A DNA stretch of 64,000 bases from an uncultured Chloroflexia bacterium (GTDB lineage: Bacteria > Chloroflexota > Anaerolineae > JAAYZQ01). The notes below the pieces were generated by a model. That model searched no databases. It worked only from the letters and a program-made list of their open reading frames with translations, and was not told the origin of the DNA. The first letter of the stretch is position 1; every line of letters starts with the position of its first letter. The stretch lies in contig CAVOXA010000014.1 in NCBI GenBank assembly GCA_963700285.1, forward strand, positions 576,001 to 640,000, in the 5' to 3' direction. This document shows positions 1 through 9,812 of the stretch, piece after piece. The position numbers and the translations under genes were made by a program.

Positions 1-129
1 ACACACCCTGGCATCATGTCAATTGACGTTTAAATTTTGTACTCTACTTTGATTCCCGCCGTACCCTACCCTCACGGCGGCCCAAGCGAGAATCACAGCT
101 CCTGCGTTGTGAATTGAGGAACGCGGCTC

Positions 130-291
130 GTGGAGCATTATCCGGCCTCAACTACCCTCGAGACGATAGCCACGACTCCAGATACGATTGCCCTGTTGGA
201 AAACCGGCATCAGGTGGACAACGCAATCTGCTTGTGGTATACTGGCTCTGGTGGGTCGTCTGGAAACAGCTGTGGTGAAGAGCTCATGTGA
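130..291 (+). CDS. Possible 53-aa small peptide (MEHYPASTTLETIATTPDTIALLENRHQVDNAICLWYTGSGGSSGNSCGEELM)
   Basis: GTG start with GAGGA 9 nt upstream; TGA 13 nt before the likely start of the next gene; below the ORF-track cutoff; weak GC3 bias, so it may be spurious. Confidence 0.25.
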   Translation: MEHYPASTTLETIATTPDTIALLENRHQVDNAICLWYTGSGGSSGNSCGEELM

Positions 292-304
292 CTGGGGGCG
301 AGGC

Positions 305-2770
305 GTGCAGATCAAGACCAGTCTACGGGTGCAGCAGGTCCTTGTTATGGGCTGTGGCCTGTTGGCCATGGCGCTCATCACCGGCAGTCTCGGCAACTTG
401 AGCGGAATGCTCAACGGGGCACTGGCAGCCGGCAGCCTGCTGGCAGTGGCCCTGCTTGTCCCCTGGCGACGACGGGACATCCCACTCTGGCAGTTGGCGA
501 TGGCGCTGGCGATCATGACCATCTCTCTGCCCATCACCGCCAGGGGCGGCGTTGTTGGGTTGATGGCAGCTTCCCTATTTTTCTTCGCCCTCTCCCTGGC
601 AACCTCGGAAAAAAACTCTAGCATGGCAGATACGCTGATCCCCGCGGCCTTGCTCTTTGGCTCCTATTGGATCGCTGTCGAATATGTGCCCCTTGCCTGG
701 CACAGCCAGCAAGCGCTGGCCATCAGCTTTTCCTGGCTCGCGGGATCCGGACTGAGACTCGGGCCCACGGCACTGGGCCTGCCGCTCCTGGTGCTATTCA
801 CCTGCTACGCCCTGAGCGTTTTCCTCCTTTCCCTCCACCGGGAACCGCTACCCGGAACCGCGGGAGAAACCGGCGACCAAAGAAGGATCTGGCGCAGGTT
901 GGGCGATCTGTTTGCATGGCTGCTGGCCCTGTTGCTGGCGGCCGTAGCCTACCTTTGGCTGCAGCCGCGCCTGGGAACCCTGGTACACGGCCTATGGCCT
1001 GCCTCCATTACCGCCTCGCCGGTACCGAGCAGCGCGCCTGACCTGACCTACCTAGCGTGGCTGCCGCTCCTGTTCCTGTTGCTGTGGCTGGTGTCTGCAC
1101 TGGCCAGCTTGTCCATGCGTCCAGCTCCACTGCGGCTGGGCCCACGGCCAGGAGCGGCCGGGTGGCTAGCCGCCGGACTGGCGCTGCTGGGCCTGGCAGC
1201 GGCCGTACTGACCCTCGAGCCCCCCTACCAGACGCGACGCGGAACCATTCTGTTCTACGATACCGGGCACCTGGAGTGGGGTCGCCCGGCCTTTGGCCAG
1301 TACGGCCCCCACAGCGGTGGCACCTTTGGTCTGTGGCCTGACTATCTGGCCGCTTTTGGCTATACGTCAAAGAGCGGCCTTTTGACGGCGCAAAACCTGG
1401 CGGAAGCCCAAGCCATAGTCCTGATCAACCTTCCCCAGAACCTCACAGACGGCGAAAAGGAGCGGCTACTGGCTTATGTAGCGTCTGGTGGCGCCCTCAT
1501 CATCTGGGGCGAGCATACCGGCGTGGGCCGCATCCGCGAGCCCATCAATGATCTGCTGGCTGGCCTGCCGGGCGCCCCCATCCACCTGCGCTTCGATTCA
1601 GCGGTACCTGTACGACAGGGTTGGGCGGAGGGGCTGGCGCTGCGGCCCCACCCGGCGACCCAGGGCATCCAGAACCCCATCGACCTGGTCATGGCCGTGG
1701 GTGCCTCGCTGCGCATCGAACCGCCGGCTGTGCCGCTCATCGTCGGGCGCTTTGGGCACTCGGACATGGGCGATGGCGGCAACCGCGCCCGCAACTATGT
1801 GGGTGACATGCGCTACAATCGTGGCGAGCAGCTGGGCGACGTTGTGCTGGGCGCCCAGCTTGCCTACGGCAGCGGACAGATCGTCGTGCTGGGCGATACG
1901 ACCCCCTTGGGCAGCGTCAATCTTATGACAGCCATGCCCTTTCACGCCCGCCTGCTCGACTGGGCCACGGCAGAGCGATCAGAAACCTGGGCTCTTTTTC
2001 TGCACAATGGCTGGCTGGCAGCTCTGCTGTTCGCCGGGGCCGCAGCTTGTTTGGTGGCCGGCAGGAGCCGGTTCGCCCTGGTCGCGGCGGCTCTGATATT
2101 GGGCTTGACCCTGACGCTGACGGGGAGGATCAATGCGGCCCAGAGTGCGCCAGTGAAGCCCCAGGGCGGCATCGCCTACGTCGATGTCTCCCACCAGGAG
2201 AGGTTCGACCGCTTGTTGTGGGAGACAACCTCCATCGGCGGGCTCAACTACAACCTGGCCCGAAACGGCGCCCTGCCATTGTTGCTCCACAAGATCGATA
2301 CTGACGCCCTGGACAGGGCAGACCTGCTGGTGGTCATTGCCCCAGGCGGCCGCTTTTCGGCGCAAGAGGTAGAGACCATCAACAGGTGGGTGAAGAAGGG
2401 CGGACAGCTTCTGGTATCGGCTGGCTTTGAGGAAAGTGAGGCCAGCGAGGCGCTGCTGGCGTCATTTGGCCTGGCGATCGGGCACATTCCGCTGGGGCCG
2501 GTCGAGTTGGAACGCGAGGCCGGTCCGGTCCGTTTCCACGAAGCCTGGCCTGTGAACGCCACGGACGAAGCAGCTCAGCCGATTGTGGAGGGCTATGGCT
2601 ACCCGCTGGCCGTCTACCAGCCGTGGGGAAGAGGAGGTGTGGTGCTCATCGGGGACTCGGCCTTCCTGCTCGGGGGAAGCCTGGAGGACCAATATTCGTA
2701 CCAGGAGGGAAACATCCTGCTATTGCGCGATATTCTGACCGACTACCTCGCAGTCGGAGACGCACCATGA
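305..2770 (+). CDS. Polytopic membrane protein with two GldG/DUF4350-like (class I GATase-like fold) soluble domains
   Basis: ORF 188..2770, likely GTG start at 305. Many TM helices, plus EKERLLAYVASGGALIIWGEHT, INRWVKKGGQLLVSAG and GRGGVVLIGDSAF motifs typical of these domains. Confidence 0.75.
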   Translation: MQIKTSLRVQQVLVMGCGLLAMALITGSLGNLSGMLNGALAAGSLLAVALLVPWRRRDIPLWQLAMALAIMTISLPITARGGVVGLMAASLFFFALSLATSEKNSSMADTLIPAALLFGSYWIAVEYVPLAWHSQQALAISFSWLAGSGLRLGPTALGLPLLVLFTCYALSVFLLSLHREPLPGTAGETGDQRRIWRRLGDLFAWLLALLLAAVAYLWLQPRLGTLVHGLWPASITASPVPSSAPDLTYLAWLPLLFLLLWLVSALASLSMRPAPLRLGPRPGAAGWLAAGLALLGLAAAVLTLEPPYQTRRGTILFYDTGHLEWGRPAFGQYGPHSGGTFGLWPDYLAAFGYTSKSGLLTAQNLAEAQAIVLINLPQNLTDGEKERLLAYVASGGALIIWGEHTGVGRIREPINDLLAGLPGAPIHLRFDSAVPVRQGWAEGLALRPHPATQGIQNPIDLVMAVGASLRIEPPAVPLIVGRFGHSDMGDGGNRARNYVGDMRYNRGEQLGDVVLGAQLAYGSGQIVVLGDTTPLGSVNLMTAMPFHARLLDWATAERSETWALFLHNGWLAALLFAGAAACLVAGRSRFALVAAALILGLTLTLTGRINAAQSAPVKPQGGIAYVDVSHQERFDRLLWETTSIGGLNYNLARNGALPLLLHKIDTDALDRADLLVVIAPGGRFSAQEVETINRWVKKGGQLLVSAGFEESEASEALLASFGLAIGHIPLGPVELEREAGPVRFHEAWPVNATDEAAQPIVEGYGYPLAVYQPWGRGGVVLIGDSAFLLGGSLEDQYSYQEGNILLLRDILTDYLAVGDAP

Positions 2771-5295
2771 ACTCTGTCCTGGCCTGGTTGAGCGTCTGGT
2801 CGCTGGCAACAGGCTGGCTGCTGCTTACCGGTTTTTTCCTGCCCCCCGATGGCAGGGGATGGGTCTTTGCGGGCTTTGGGATCCTGCTGGCAGTCTTGGC
2901 TGCGCGTAACACGCGCTGGCGGCGGGTCGATCCCTGGTTCTGCATTCTGGCGCCACCATTGGGGATTGCGTCCATCCTCTGGCCCTTCCCCTACCAGGCC
3001 GGTCCGCTGCTGGTTCTGGCTGGGTTGTTGGTCTCCCTGGGCCTGCGCCGCGCGCGTTGGCTCACCCCGCTCTGTCTGGGTCTATGCCTGACCGGCGCGG
3101 TGTGGATCGCTCAGGGCGGCGCTGTAGTGGCCTATTGGTGGTTGGGAGCCCGATACCACGAAGCCAATGCCCTCACGCCTGTGCTGTACTGGCTGAGCAG
3201 GGCTCTGGGCTGGACGGTGGGCAGCAGCCAGGGCAGTCTCTTCCTGCCCCACATCGAGGGCATGGTCCGGGCCACCACGACCTGGGAGCGCCTGGGCGCA
3301 CTGCCAGCCATGCTGTTGGGCGCTGGGGGTCTGATGCTTTTGCCACAGCTACTGCGGCGGTCAGCCCGCGATCTCTTGTTTCGGTTGTTCGCGGCTGGCA
3401 TCCTGGGAACCGGCTACCTGCTGCTCCGTTACCTGGTTCTGACCGCAATGGTAGCCATCAACAACAACCCCACGCTCTTCTGGCTGCCTCTGTCGATGGC
3501 CCTTACCTTCCTGCCCCTGGGCCTGCTGCTGGCCAGGGCGCTGCCCCTGCGTCCTGCTGTATCCGAGCCCGCTGCCCCTGACCGGCGCGATGCCGGCGGG
3601 CGTTACGTGGCTCTGGCGGGCCTGGCCTTCCTGAGCGGCATATCTGTCATCGCGTTGCTCACCTTCCCGGATCCGGGCAGACCAAAGGCGGGCCGGGTAC
3701 TCTTGGACGAGTACAATAGCAACTGGGAGTGGACTACCCAGGCCCTCGACACCGAGTGGTACGGCCAAAAGTCGGGCTACAACTACTACAGCCTGGGCCA
3801 GTGGCTCAGGTACTATTACCAGGTGGACACCAATTTCCGGCCGCGAACTCCAGAGATGTTGAGGAACTATGACGTGTTGGTCATCAAGACGCCGACAGCG
3901 CCCTTTGCCCCGGAAGAGATTGAGGCCATCACGGCCTGGGTTGGGGCCGGCGGCGGGCTCTTTCTCATCGGCGATCACACGAACGTGTTTGGCACCAGTT
4001 CCTACCTCAACCCCCTGGCTCGGCGCTTTGGGCTGCGCTTTCGCTACGATTCGACCTACGACCTGCCCACGCTGCGCGTGACCCAGTACGAGCGCCCTGA
4101 ACTGCTGGCCCATCCCGCCGTGCTGGAACTGCCGCCCTTTCTTTTCGCCACTTCCAGCACCCTTGAAGCGCCGCTTCTGGCTGGCAACGTGATGGTCGGA
4201 TATGGACTGCGAGCCCTGCCGGTCGACTATTCCAAGCGGGTGTTCTTTCCCGATAAGGAAAAGGAACAGGACTATCCCTTTGGCCTGTTCCTACAGTCGG
4301 CCAGCGTTCGCCACGGTCGAGGCCGGGTGGTAGCCTTTACCGACAGCACCGTCTTTTCCAACTTTACGATGTTTCTGGGCGGCAAACCCGAGTTCTTTTT
4401 GGGGGTGATGAACTGGCTCAACTACGCTGAACGCTGGCCCTGGCTGGACAGCGTTCTGGTAGCCCTGGCCCTGCTGACAGGTATTGGCGCTGTTGTCCTG
4501 GCGGGAACCCTGAACCGGCGGCGGGCCAGCATCGTGATTGGGGCCGTGCTGCTTCTTGCTGCAGCAATTGGACCCTGGGCCAGCCTGCAAGTGGCCGAGG
4601 CCAGATACCGTCTGCCGGATCCTCACAGGCAACCGATCAGTATTGCCTTTGAGGCCGAACACTCGCGCCTCCTGCTGCCCACCACTCCCGCCAGCGGGCC
4701 ACCAGAGGCCAGTTTCCAGACATTCTACGTCTGGACGCAGCGCCTGGGCTATGTACCTACCTTTGCCCCCACACTGGAAGAGGCGTTGAGAGCAGCCCAG
4801 GTCCTGGTCGTGATCGATCCCTTCAGGCCCTTTGATCCAACCGAGATTGAGGCCGTCAAGCAATTCATATACGACGGAGGGCGACTCCTCATGCTGGCAG
4901 AGCCCTCGGGCGAAGGTCCGCCGCCTATGGCAGGCGCCGATCTGCTGGCCCCCTTTGGGCTGGGCCTGGACGCACGCCGGCCAACGACGGGAGAGATCTA
5001 CAACACGGCTGGGGAGCGGCAGGGGCAGGTATTTGTGACGGGTGTAGTGAGCGGTGGAGAACCACTGCTCACGCTGGGCGGCCAGGCCCCAGTGGCAGCG
5101 GCGGCGCGCTACGGCGATGGACTGGTGGTCGCTGCCGCCTTTGCCCGGCCCTTTAGCGATGGGGAAATGGGCAGTACGGCAGTGGTTCCCAACGACCACC
5201 AGCGTTTTCTGTACGAGGTCGAGTTTTGGCTTCTACGTGGATTGGTGAGCGGCGAGTTCCCGCCACTGCGCAGGCCGGCCGGCGGTAGCCGGTGA
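2767..5295 (+). CDS. Paralogous polytopic membrane protein with two GldG/DUF4350-like domains
   Basis: ATGA overlap with the upstream stop; WVGAGGGLFLIGDHTN, GRGRVVAFTDSTVFSN and KQFIYDGGRLLML motifs; TM clusters. Confidence 0.75.
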   Translation: MNSVLAWLSVWSLATGWLLLTGFFLPPDGRGWVFAGFGILLAVLAARNTRWRRVDPWFCILAPPLGIASILWPFPYQAGPLLVLAGLLVSLGLRRARWLTPLCLGLCLTGAVWIAQGGAVVAYWWLGARYHEANALTPVLYWLSRALGWTVGSSQGSLFLPHIEGMVRATTTWERLGALPAMLLGAGGLMLLPQLLRRSARDLLFRLFAAGILGTGYLLLRYLVLTAMVAINNNPTLFWLPLSMALTFLPLGLLLARALPLRPAVSEPAAPDRRDAGGRYVALAGLAFLSGISVIALLTFPDPGRPKAGRVLLDEYNSNWEWTTQALDTEWYGQKSGYNYYSLGQWLRYYYQVDTNFRPRTPEMLRNYDVLVIKTPTAPFAPEEIEAITAWVGAGGGLFLIGDHTNVFGTSSYLNPLARRFGLRFRYDSTYDLPTLRVTQYERPELLAHPAVLELPPFLFATSSTLEAPLLAGNVMVGYGLRALPVDYSKRVFFPDKEKEQDYPFGLFLQSASVRHGRGRVVAFTDSTVFSNFTMFLGGKPEFFLGVMNWLNYAERWPWLDSVLVALALLTGIGAVVLAGTLNRRRASIVIGAVLLLAAAIGPWASLQVAEARYRLPDPHRQPISIAFEAEHSRLLLPTTPASGPPEASFQTFYVWTQRLGYVPTFAPTLEEALRAAQVLVVIDPFRPFDPTEIEAVKQFIYDGGRLLMLAEPSGEGPPPMAGADLLAPFGLGLDARRPTTGEIYNTAGERQGQVFVTGVVSGGEPLLTLGGQAPVAAAARYGDGLVVAAAFARPFSDGEMGSTAVVPNDHQRFLYEVEFWLLRGLVSGEFPPLRRPAGGSR

Positions 5296-5305
5296 ACCCG
5301 GGGTG

Positions 5306-6307
5306 CTACGGCCGGTACTCCTGTACCAGCTCTGCCATCGCGGGATCGTCGGCAATGGAAGCATCCATCCACACCGATTGCCATTGTTCCCCACTGAGGC
5401 TGCCATCCGCCTCCAGGGTTACCTGCAGTCTGCCAACCCTCCGTCCCGAGTGCTGTGGACTCGCCTGCTCGGCAGTGACCACCAGCGTCCCGGTTTCGGG
5501 TGCCCGTACAGCGACCTCGGGCAGTTGCCCAGGCAGAGCCGCGATGACCAGGTCAATACCCGCAACTTCCTGTGCCAGGGCCAGCCCAGCGCGATAGGTG
5601 AGGTTGGTCAGGACCACGACGGTATCTGCCTCTTTGGCCATCTCGGGTAGATATTGGGCCGCCGCTTCCTGCGGATCAAGGACTAGAAAGCCGTCGAGCG
5701 GCTCAGAGGGCAGCCGGGTCAGGCCGAGCACGCCCAGGCGGTGGTCGCCAACATCCAGGACCGTGTAGGGTTGGGTCAGCAACTCGCCGGTAGCGCTCAG
5801 CACTACGTTGGCCGACAGCACTGGAAAATCAGCCTCCCCCAATCGCCGGGTTAGCTTCTCGGCCCCCAGTTTCAGCTCCTGCGGGCCCAGGGCCATGGCA
5901 TCGTAGCTCATCATGTTCATGCCGGCGACAATAACTTCACCGTCCGTGAGGTCGCCAAGCCAGCCGCCCCCACCCAGAGCGTCACCGGTGTCGAGCAGGA
6001 GAAGATGCTCCGCGTCCGCTTCCTGCTGCTTCAAGTAGGTGGCTCGCCGGCGGAACCCGCCGGTAGAGTTTTTTCCTCAGCCGCAAGGCTCCGTCTCCCC
6101 CCAATTGTCGTTGGTATGGAGCACCAGCAATTGCGAGGGCGTCACCGGCGCCGTGGGGAAAGACTCGACAAGCGGGGAAGTGTATCCGCCAGATGCTGCG
6201 GCAGCGCCAGGCCCGTCAGCCTCAGGTGCCAACGCCCCGCAGCCTGCGGCCAACAGACAAAGGGCCAACAGCACAAGTACCGAGGATCTGCGAAAATGGT
6301 TGAACAT
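5306..6307 (-). CDS. UshA-like/5'-nucleotidase-family metallophosphoesterase lipoprotein, selenoprotein (C-G-U motif)
   Basis: ORFs 6077..6319 and 5306..6034 are in the same frame, separated by one TGA (6077-6079): LHTNDNWGETEPCG-U-GKNSTGGFRRRATYLK...LLLDTGD. Lipobox LLAAGC; hairpin after the UGA. Confidence 0.85.
6047..6063 (-). promoter_or_regulatory. Putative bacterial SECIS element of the UshA-like gene
   Basis: CCGGCG-GGTTC-CGCCGG hairpin; loop begins 19 nt after the UGA. Confidence 0.75.
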
Positions 6308-6315
6308 GGTCCCTC

Positions 6316-7419
6316 TCAAGCATTTTGGTCCCCCTCACCCCCGGCCTTTCGGCTGCGCAACAGGAGCCAGAGCGCCACGCCCGCCAACACCAGACCGACC
6401 AGGAGGGCTCCGACCGAGACGAGCAGCAGTAGCGGTCCCAGGGTTTCGTCCTGACTGCTGGCCGGCCCAGCGACCGCGCCCTGCCCTGGGCCCGTTGTAG
6501 GCACCAACCTAGCCTCCAGTTCAATGGTCGGCAGGGGTGTTCGAGTGGGCAACGGCGTGATGGTTGGAGGCGCTGGCGAAGGGGTACTCGTCCAGGTAGC
6601 GGTGGGCGACGGCGTTGGGGTCTGAGTGGGCGTGGGTGTGGGTGTGGCCGTTTCGGTAGGCGCCGGCGTTTCGGTGGGCGTCGGAGAAGGCGGAACCGCG
6701 GTGGGCGTCTCGGTCGGCGGCGCCGGAGTCGGGGTCTGCGTGGGCGGCCGGCGCGTCGGCGTGGGTGACGGGATTGGCGTCACGGTCGCCGCCGGCTGGT
6801 TCGGGTCGGGCCACAGACCCACAGCATCGACAAAGATCCAATCGTTGCCGTACGTGGTCGGATGATCGGTCCAGACAAACACGGTCATGGTTGGCCCTGT
6901 GGCTCTGGCCGAGACGGTCAGGTCGGGCCAGGAGTTGATCCCCCGTTCGGAGGGGCCCCATACCACCGTGGGTGCAAGAGGATCGGTGCCGCCGGTGGGA
7001 TCCAGGCCAAGTCTGCGCTCAAAGTTTGGTTGGGTAACAGCCGCCCAGCCCGCGTCTGTCTGGTATACGACGCCGGGCGTCACCCCGACCTGCTGGTAGA
7101 TGCCGCCCCGAAAGGGCACACCATCCGACAGCAGCCACAGGGACGGCGCCCCCCAGTAGGTATCAATGGAGCTGCGGAAATCCATGTTTCCGGCCAGAAT
7201 ATAGGGCTCCCAACCGTTGGGGACCTGTAGTTGCTTGCCCTGGTAGTCACGACCAGAAAAATGATCGAAGCCGCAGTTCTGGGTCAGGTTGCCGGGTTCC
7301 AGGCAGGGGTTTCTAGCCCCCGCCCTGGAAAGCACGGGCCTAAAGGTTAGTACCACCAAGGTCCCGAGCAACGCCCAGATACCCCAAACGATCAAGAACC
7401 TGTTATTCTTTGCGCTCAT
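6316..7419 (-). CDS. Secreted/surface protein: carbohydrate-binding-like domain, Pro/Thr-rich linker, C-terminal TM anchor
   Basis: N-terminal hydrophobic segment, N..FD..VPNGW domain, (TP)n linker at about 6540-6790, C-terminal TM followed by RSRK. Confidence 0.75.
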   Translation of the reverse strand: MSAKNNRFLIVWGIWALLGTLVVLTFRPVLSRAGARNPCLEPGNLTQNCGFDHFSGRDYQGKQLQVPNGWEPYILAGNMDFRSSIDTYWGAPSLWLLSDGVPFRGGIYQQVGVTPGVVYQTDAGWAAVTQPNFERRLGLDPTGGTDPLAPTVVWGPSERGINSWPDLTVSARATGPTMTVFVWTDHPTTYGNDWIFVDAVGLWPDPNQPAATVTPIPSPTPTRRPPTQTPTPAPPTETPTAVPPSPTPTETPAPTETATPTPTPTQTPTPSPTATWTSTPSPAPPTITPLPTRTPLPTIELEARLVPTTGPGQGAVAGPASSQDETLGPLLLLVSVGALLVGLVLAGVALWLLLRSRKAGGEGDQNA

Positions 7420-7647
7420 TGTCGACTCGTGCTGGCTTGGCCCTCCAGCGCGGCACAGTATAGCAAAGGGAACCTGAAAAGTCAAAGCCGGATCCTCTTC
7501 GCGGGAATGACAGGTGAGCTTGGGCAGTGTTTCCACCGAAATCGATACTCCACCCTCCGGGACGGTTCTTTGCGCACGGCGACAGCTATGGTACAATGAG
7601 TTAGACAACATAGAGTTGACTAAAAGCGTCACAAGGAGGAGACAACC

Positions 7648-8703
7648 ATGGGCCCTCGTGAGAGATTGTTGACGGCACTGGATGGCGGCGAGCCGGACCG
7701 CGTGCCCTGCGCGCTGAGCTTCTACCGGGTGGACCTCGAGCGATTGGCTCCCCCAGGCCAGGCCCAGGATGGTGCTGTGGATGTGCGTTTTGTGCGCTTC
7801 CCCCCATCAGCGGAGGAGGAGGAACTGCGCCGCCAGGCCCAGCCCTACGCTGGCGACACGCGCCTGGGGACCGTATCCCAGGTGACGACCTACAGCCAAT
7901 GGGAATATCGCCCGCAGACACCAGAAAACCGCAACCCCCTGGCCGGCGCAAAGTCGTTGGACGATCTGCGCGAGTTTCCCTTTCCGGACGTCAGCGCCCC
8001 CTACCGGGTGGATGGCTTGGCTCAACAGGTACACGATTTGCACGAGCGCGGCCTGGCCGCCGGCGGGAACCTGCCTCACCTGGGCGGTGAGCTGTTCGAG
8101 GCAGCCTGGCGGCTGCGCGGCCTGGAGAACTTTTTGCTGGATCTGATCGAGCGGCCAGATTGGGCCCATTTCCTCATCGGCCGGCTCACTGACCTGGCCC
8201 GCCGCAACGCCCGGGCCCTGGCCCAGGCCGGCGTGGATGTACTAGCTCTGGATGACGATGTGGGCATGCCCCGGACCATGATGATCGGTCCGCATACCTG
8301 GCGCGAGTTCTTCAAGCCGCGGCTGGCTGACATTATCCAGTCCGCCCGGGCCATCAAACCCGATCTGCGTGTCGTATTCCACAGCGACGGCTACTTTGAG
8401 CCCATCGTCGGCGACCTGATGGAGGTAGGCGTGAACGCCATCAATCCCGTGCAGCCCGATCACATGGATGCGGCCCACATCCGCCGCCGGTTTGGACCCA
8501 GTCTGGCGCTGTGGGGCACCATCGGGCACCAGACCACCTGGAGTTTCGCCACTCCCGCCGAGATACGCCAGGAGGTCAAGCTTCGGATCGAGACCTTGGG
8601 GCGCGCTGGCCTCATCCTCTGTCCCGCCTATGACATTGACGAGCCTGACATTCCATGGGAGAATATCGCCGCCTTTCTCAGCGCGGTGCGGGAGTACGGA
8701 TAG
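7648..8703 (+). CDS. Uroporphyrinogen decarboxylase-like (MtaA/CmuA methyltransferase family) protein
   Basis: EPDRVP, DDVG, FHSDG, INPVQP and GLILCPAY motifs; AGGAGG RBS. Confidence 0.85.
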   Translation: MGPRERLLTALDGGEPDRVPCALSFYRVDLERLAPPGQAQDGAVDVRFVRFPPSAEEEELRRQAQPYAGDTRLGTVSQVTTYSQWEYRPQTPENRNPLAGAKSLDDLREFPFPDVSAPYRVDGLAQQVHDLHERGLAAGGNLPHLGGELFEAAWRLRGLENFLLDLIERPDWAHFLIGRLTDLARRNARALAQAGVDVLALDDDVGMPRTMMIGPHTWREFFKPRLADIIQSARAIKPDLRVVFHSDGYFEPIVGDLMEVGVNAINPVQPDHMDAAHIRRRFGPSLALWGTIGHQTTWSFATPAEIRQEVKLRIETLGRAGLILCPAYDIDEPDIPWENIAAFLSAVREYG

Positions 8704-8807
8704 GCGTCAGGTAGCAAGCCGGCTGCAGTCTGCCATCGTCCAATTATGTCCAATGTTGTTCAGTTTCGCCAGGTTTGCCACGGCTATCTGGCCCAGTCTC
8801 ACAATAC

Positions 8808-8836
8808 TTGACAACCGATACAGTCTGTGATATAAT
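8808..8836 (+). promoter_or_regulatory. Consensus sigma70 promoter
   Basis: TTGACA (8808-8813), 17 nt spacer, TATAAT (8831-8836), with extended -10 TG. Confidence 0.85.
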
Positions 8837-8838
8837 CA

Positions 8839-8863
8839 AATCGCGAAACCGAGTTTCGTGATT
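8839..8863. promoter_or_regulatory. Palindromic operator overlapping the transcription start, likely IclR site
   Basis: AATCGCGAAAC-CGA-GTTTCGTGATT (11-bp arms, 1 mismatch) just downstream of the -10. Confidence 0.65.
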
Positions 8864-8943
8864 CGTGGCTTGTGCTCAAGCCCACATGTCGCAGCCTGAA
8901 ACCCGCTTGACTCTGACGTCGGCGTTCCCGGGAGGCAGGAAAC

Positions 8944-9760
8944 GTGCCAGGGAAGGGAACCTCTGAGCGTGCTAACTATCAGATCCGGTCCGTCGAACGG
9001 GCTCTGGATGTCCTGGAGTCGTTTACGGTCGAAGACCCCGCGCTGCACTTCGATGACCTCTGCGAGCGTACCCACCTGCCCAAGAGCACCGCTTTCAAAA
9101 TCCTCTCCGTTCTGGAACAGCGGGACTATGTGCAGAGAAGCCCGGAAGGCGGGAACTATCGCGTCGGCTTCCAGGCCTTCGAGGTCGGCAACAGGTACCT
9201 GGCCGGGCTGACCATGATCGAGAATCGTCCATCCTTTCTTGAAAAAACTAGTCCGCAGATTTCCCCAAAGTGCGGCCCACGTGGCCGTTCTATCACCCAA
9301 TGAGACCAAGATCGTTTATGTAGATGTCCTGACCCGGAACGCCTACCTGGTTCCTGCACCCATTGGCAGCCAATTGTGGGCCCACGCAACGGCCTTGGGC
9401 AAGTGTCTTCTGGCCGGGCTGCCTGAGGAGGCGTTGGAGCGCAGGTTGGCGTGCATCGAGATGCCCCAACTGACAGCAAAGACCATGACCGATCCACAGT
9501 TGCTCCGTGAGCACCTGAAGCAGGTATACGCCCAAGGGTATGCCCTTGACGACGAAGAGATAAGCCCTGGCAACCTCTGTGTGGCCGTCCCCTGCCGGGA
9601 CCGGCAAGGGAGGACGATCGCGTCTATCAGTACCTCGCACGTAAAGGAGGCCATGGCCGATGACACGGCCACCGTCATTGCTGAAATGTGTCAGGTCGCC
9701 AGAGATGTATCCAAGGCGATGGGCTATGCGCCACCGCCAGCCGAGACACCATGTCTGTGA
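8944..9760 (+). CDS. IclR-family transcriptional regulator (one +1 frameshift near 9223)
   Basis: SVERALDVL..LPKSTAFKIL HTH and AHATALGK..GYALDDEE effector domain. Removing one A in GAGAATC restores IEIVHPFLKKL. Confidence 0.85.
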
Positions 9761-9812
9761 GATATCGCCCCAGCAGCGGGGACAAACAAGATAGCATGTT
9801 TAGGAGAAACCA

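Noticed and set aside
9215-9245. Programmed frameshift in iclR (likewise in the ABC exporter and second LCP genes)
   Set aside because: Single-base indels, mostly in short homopolymers, with no slippery site plus stimulator; sequencing error is more likely, though unverified
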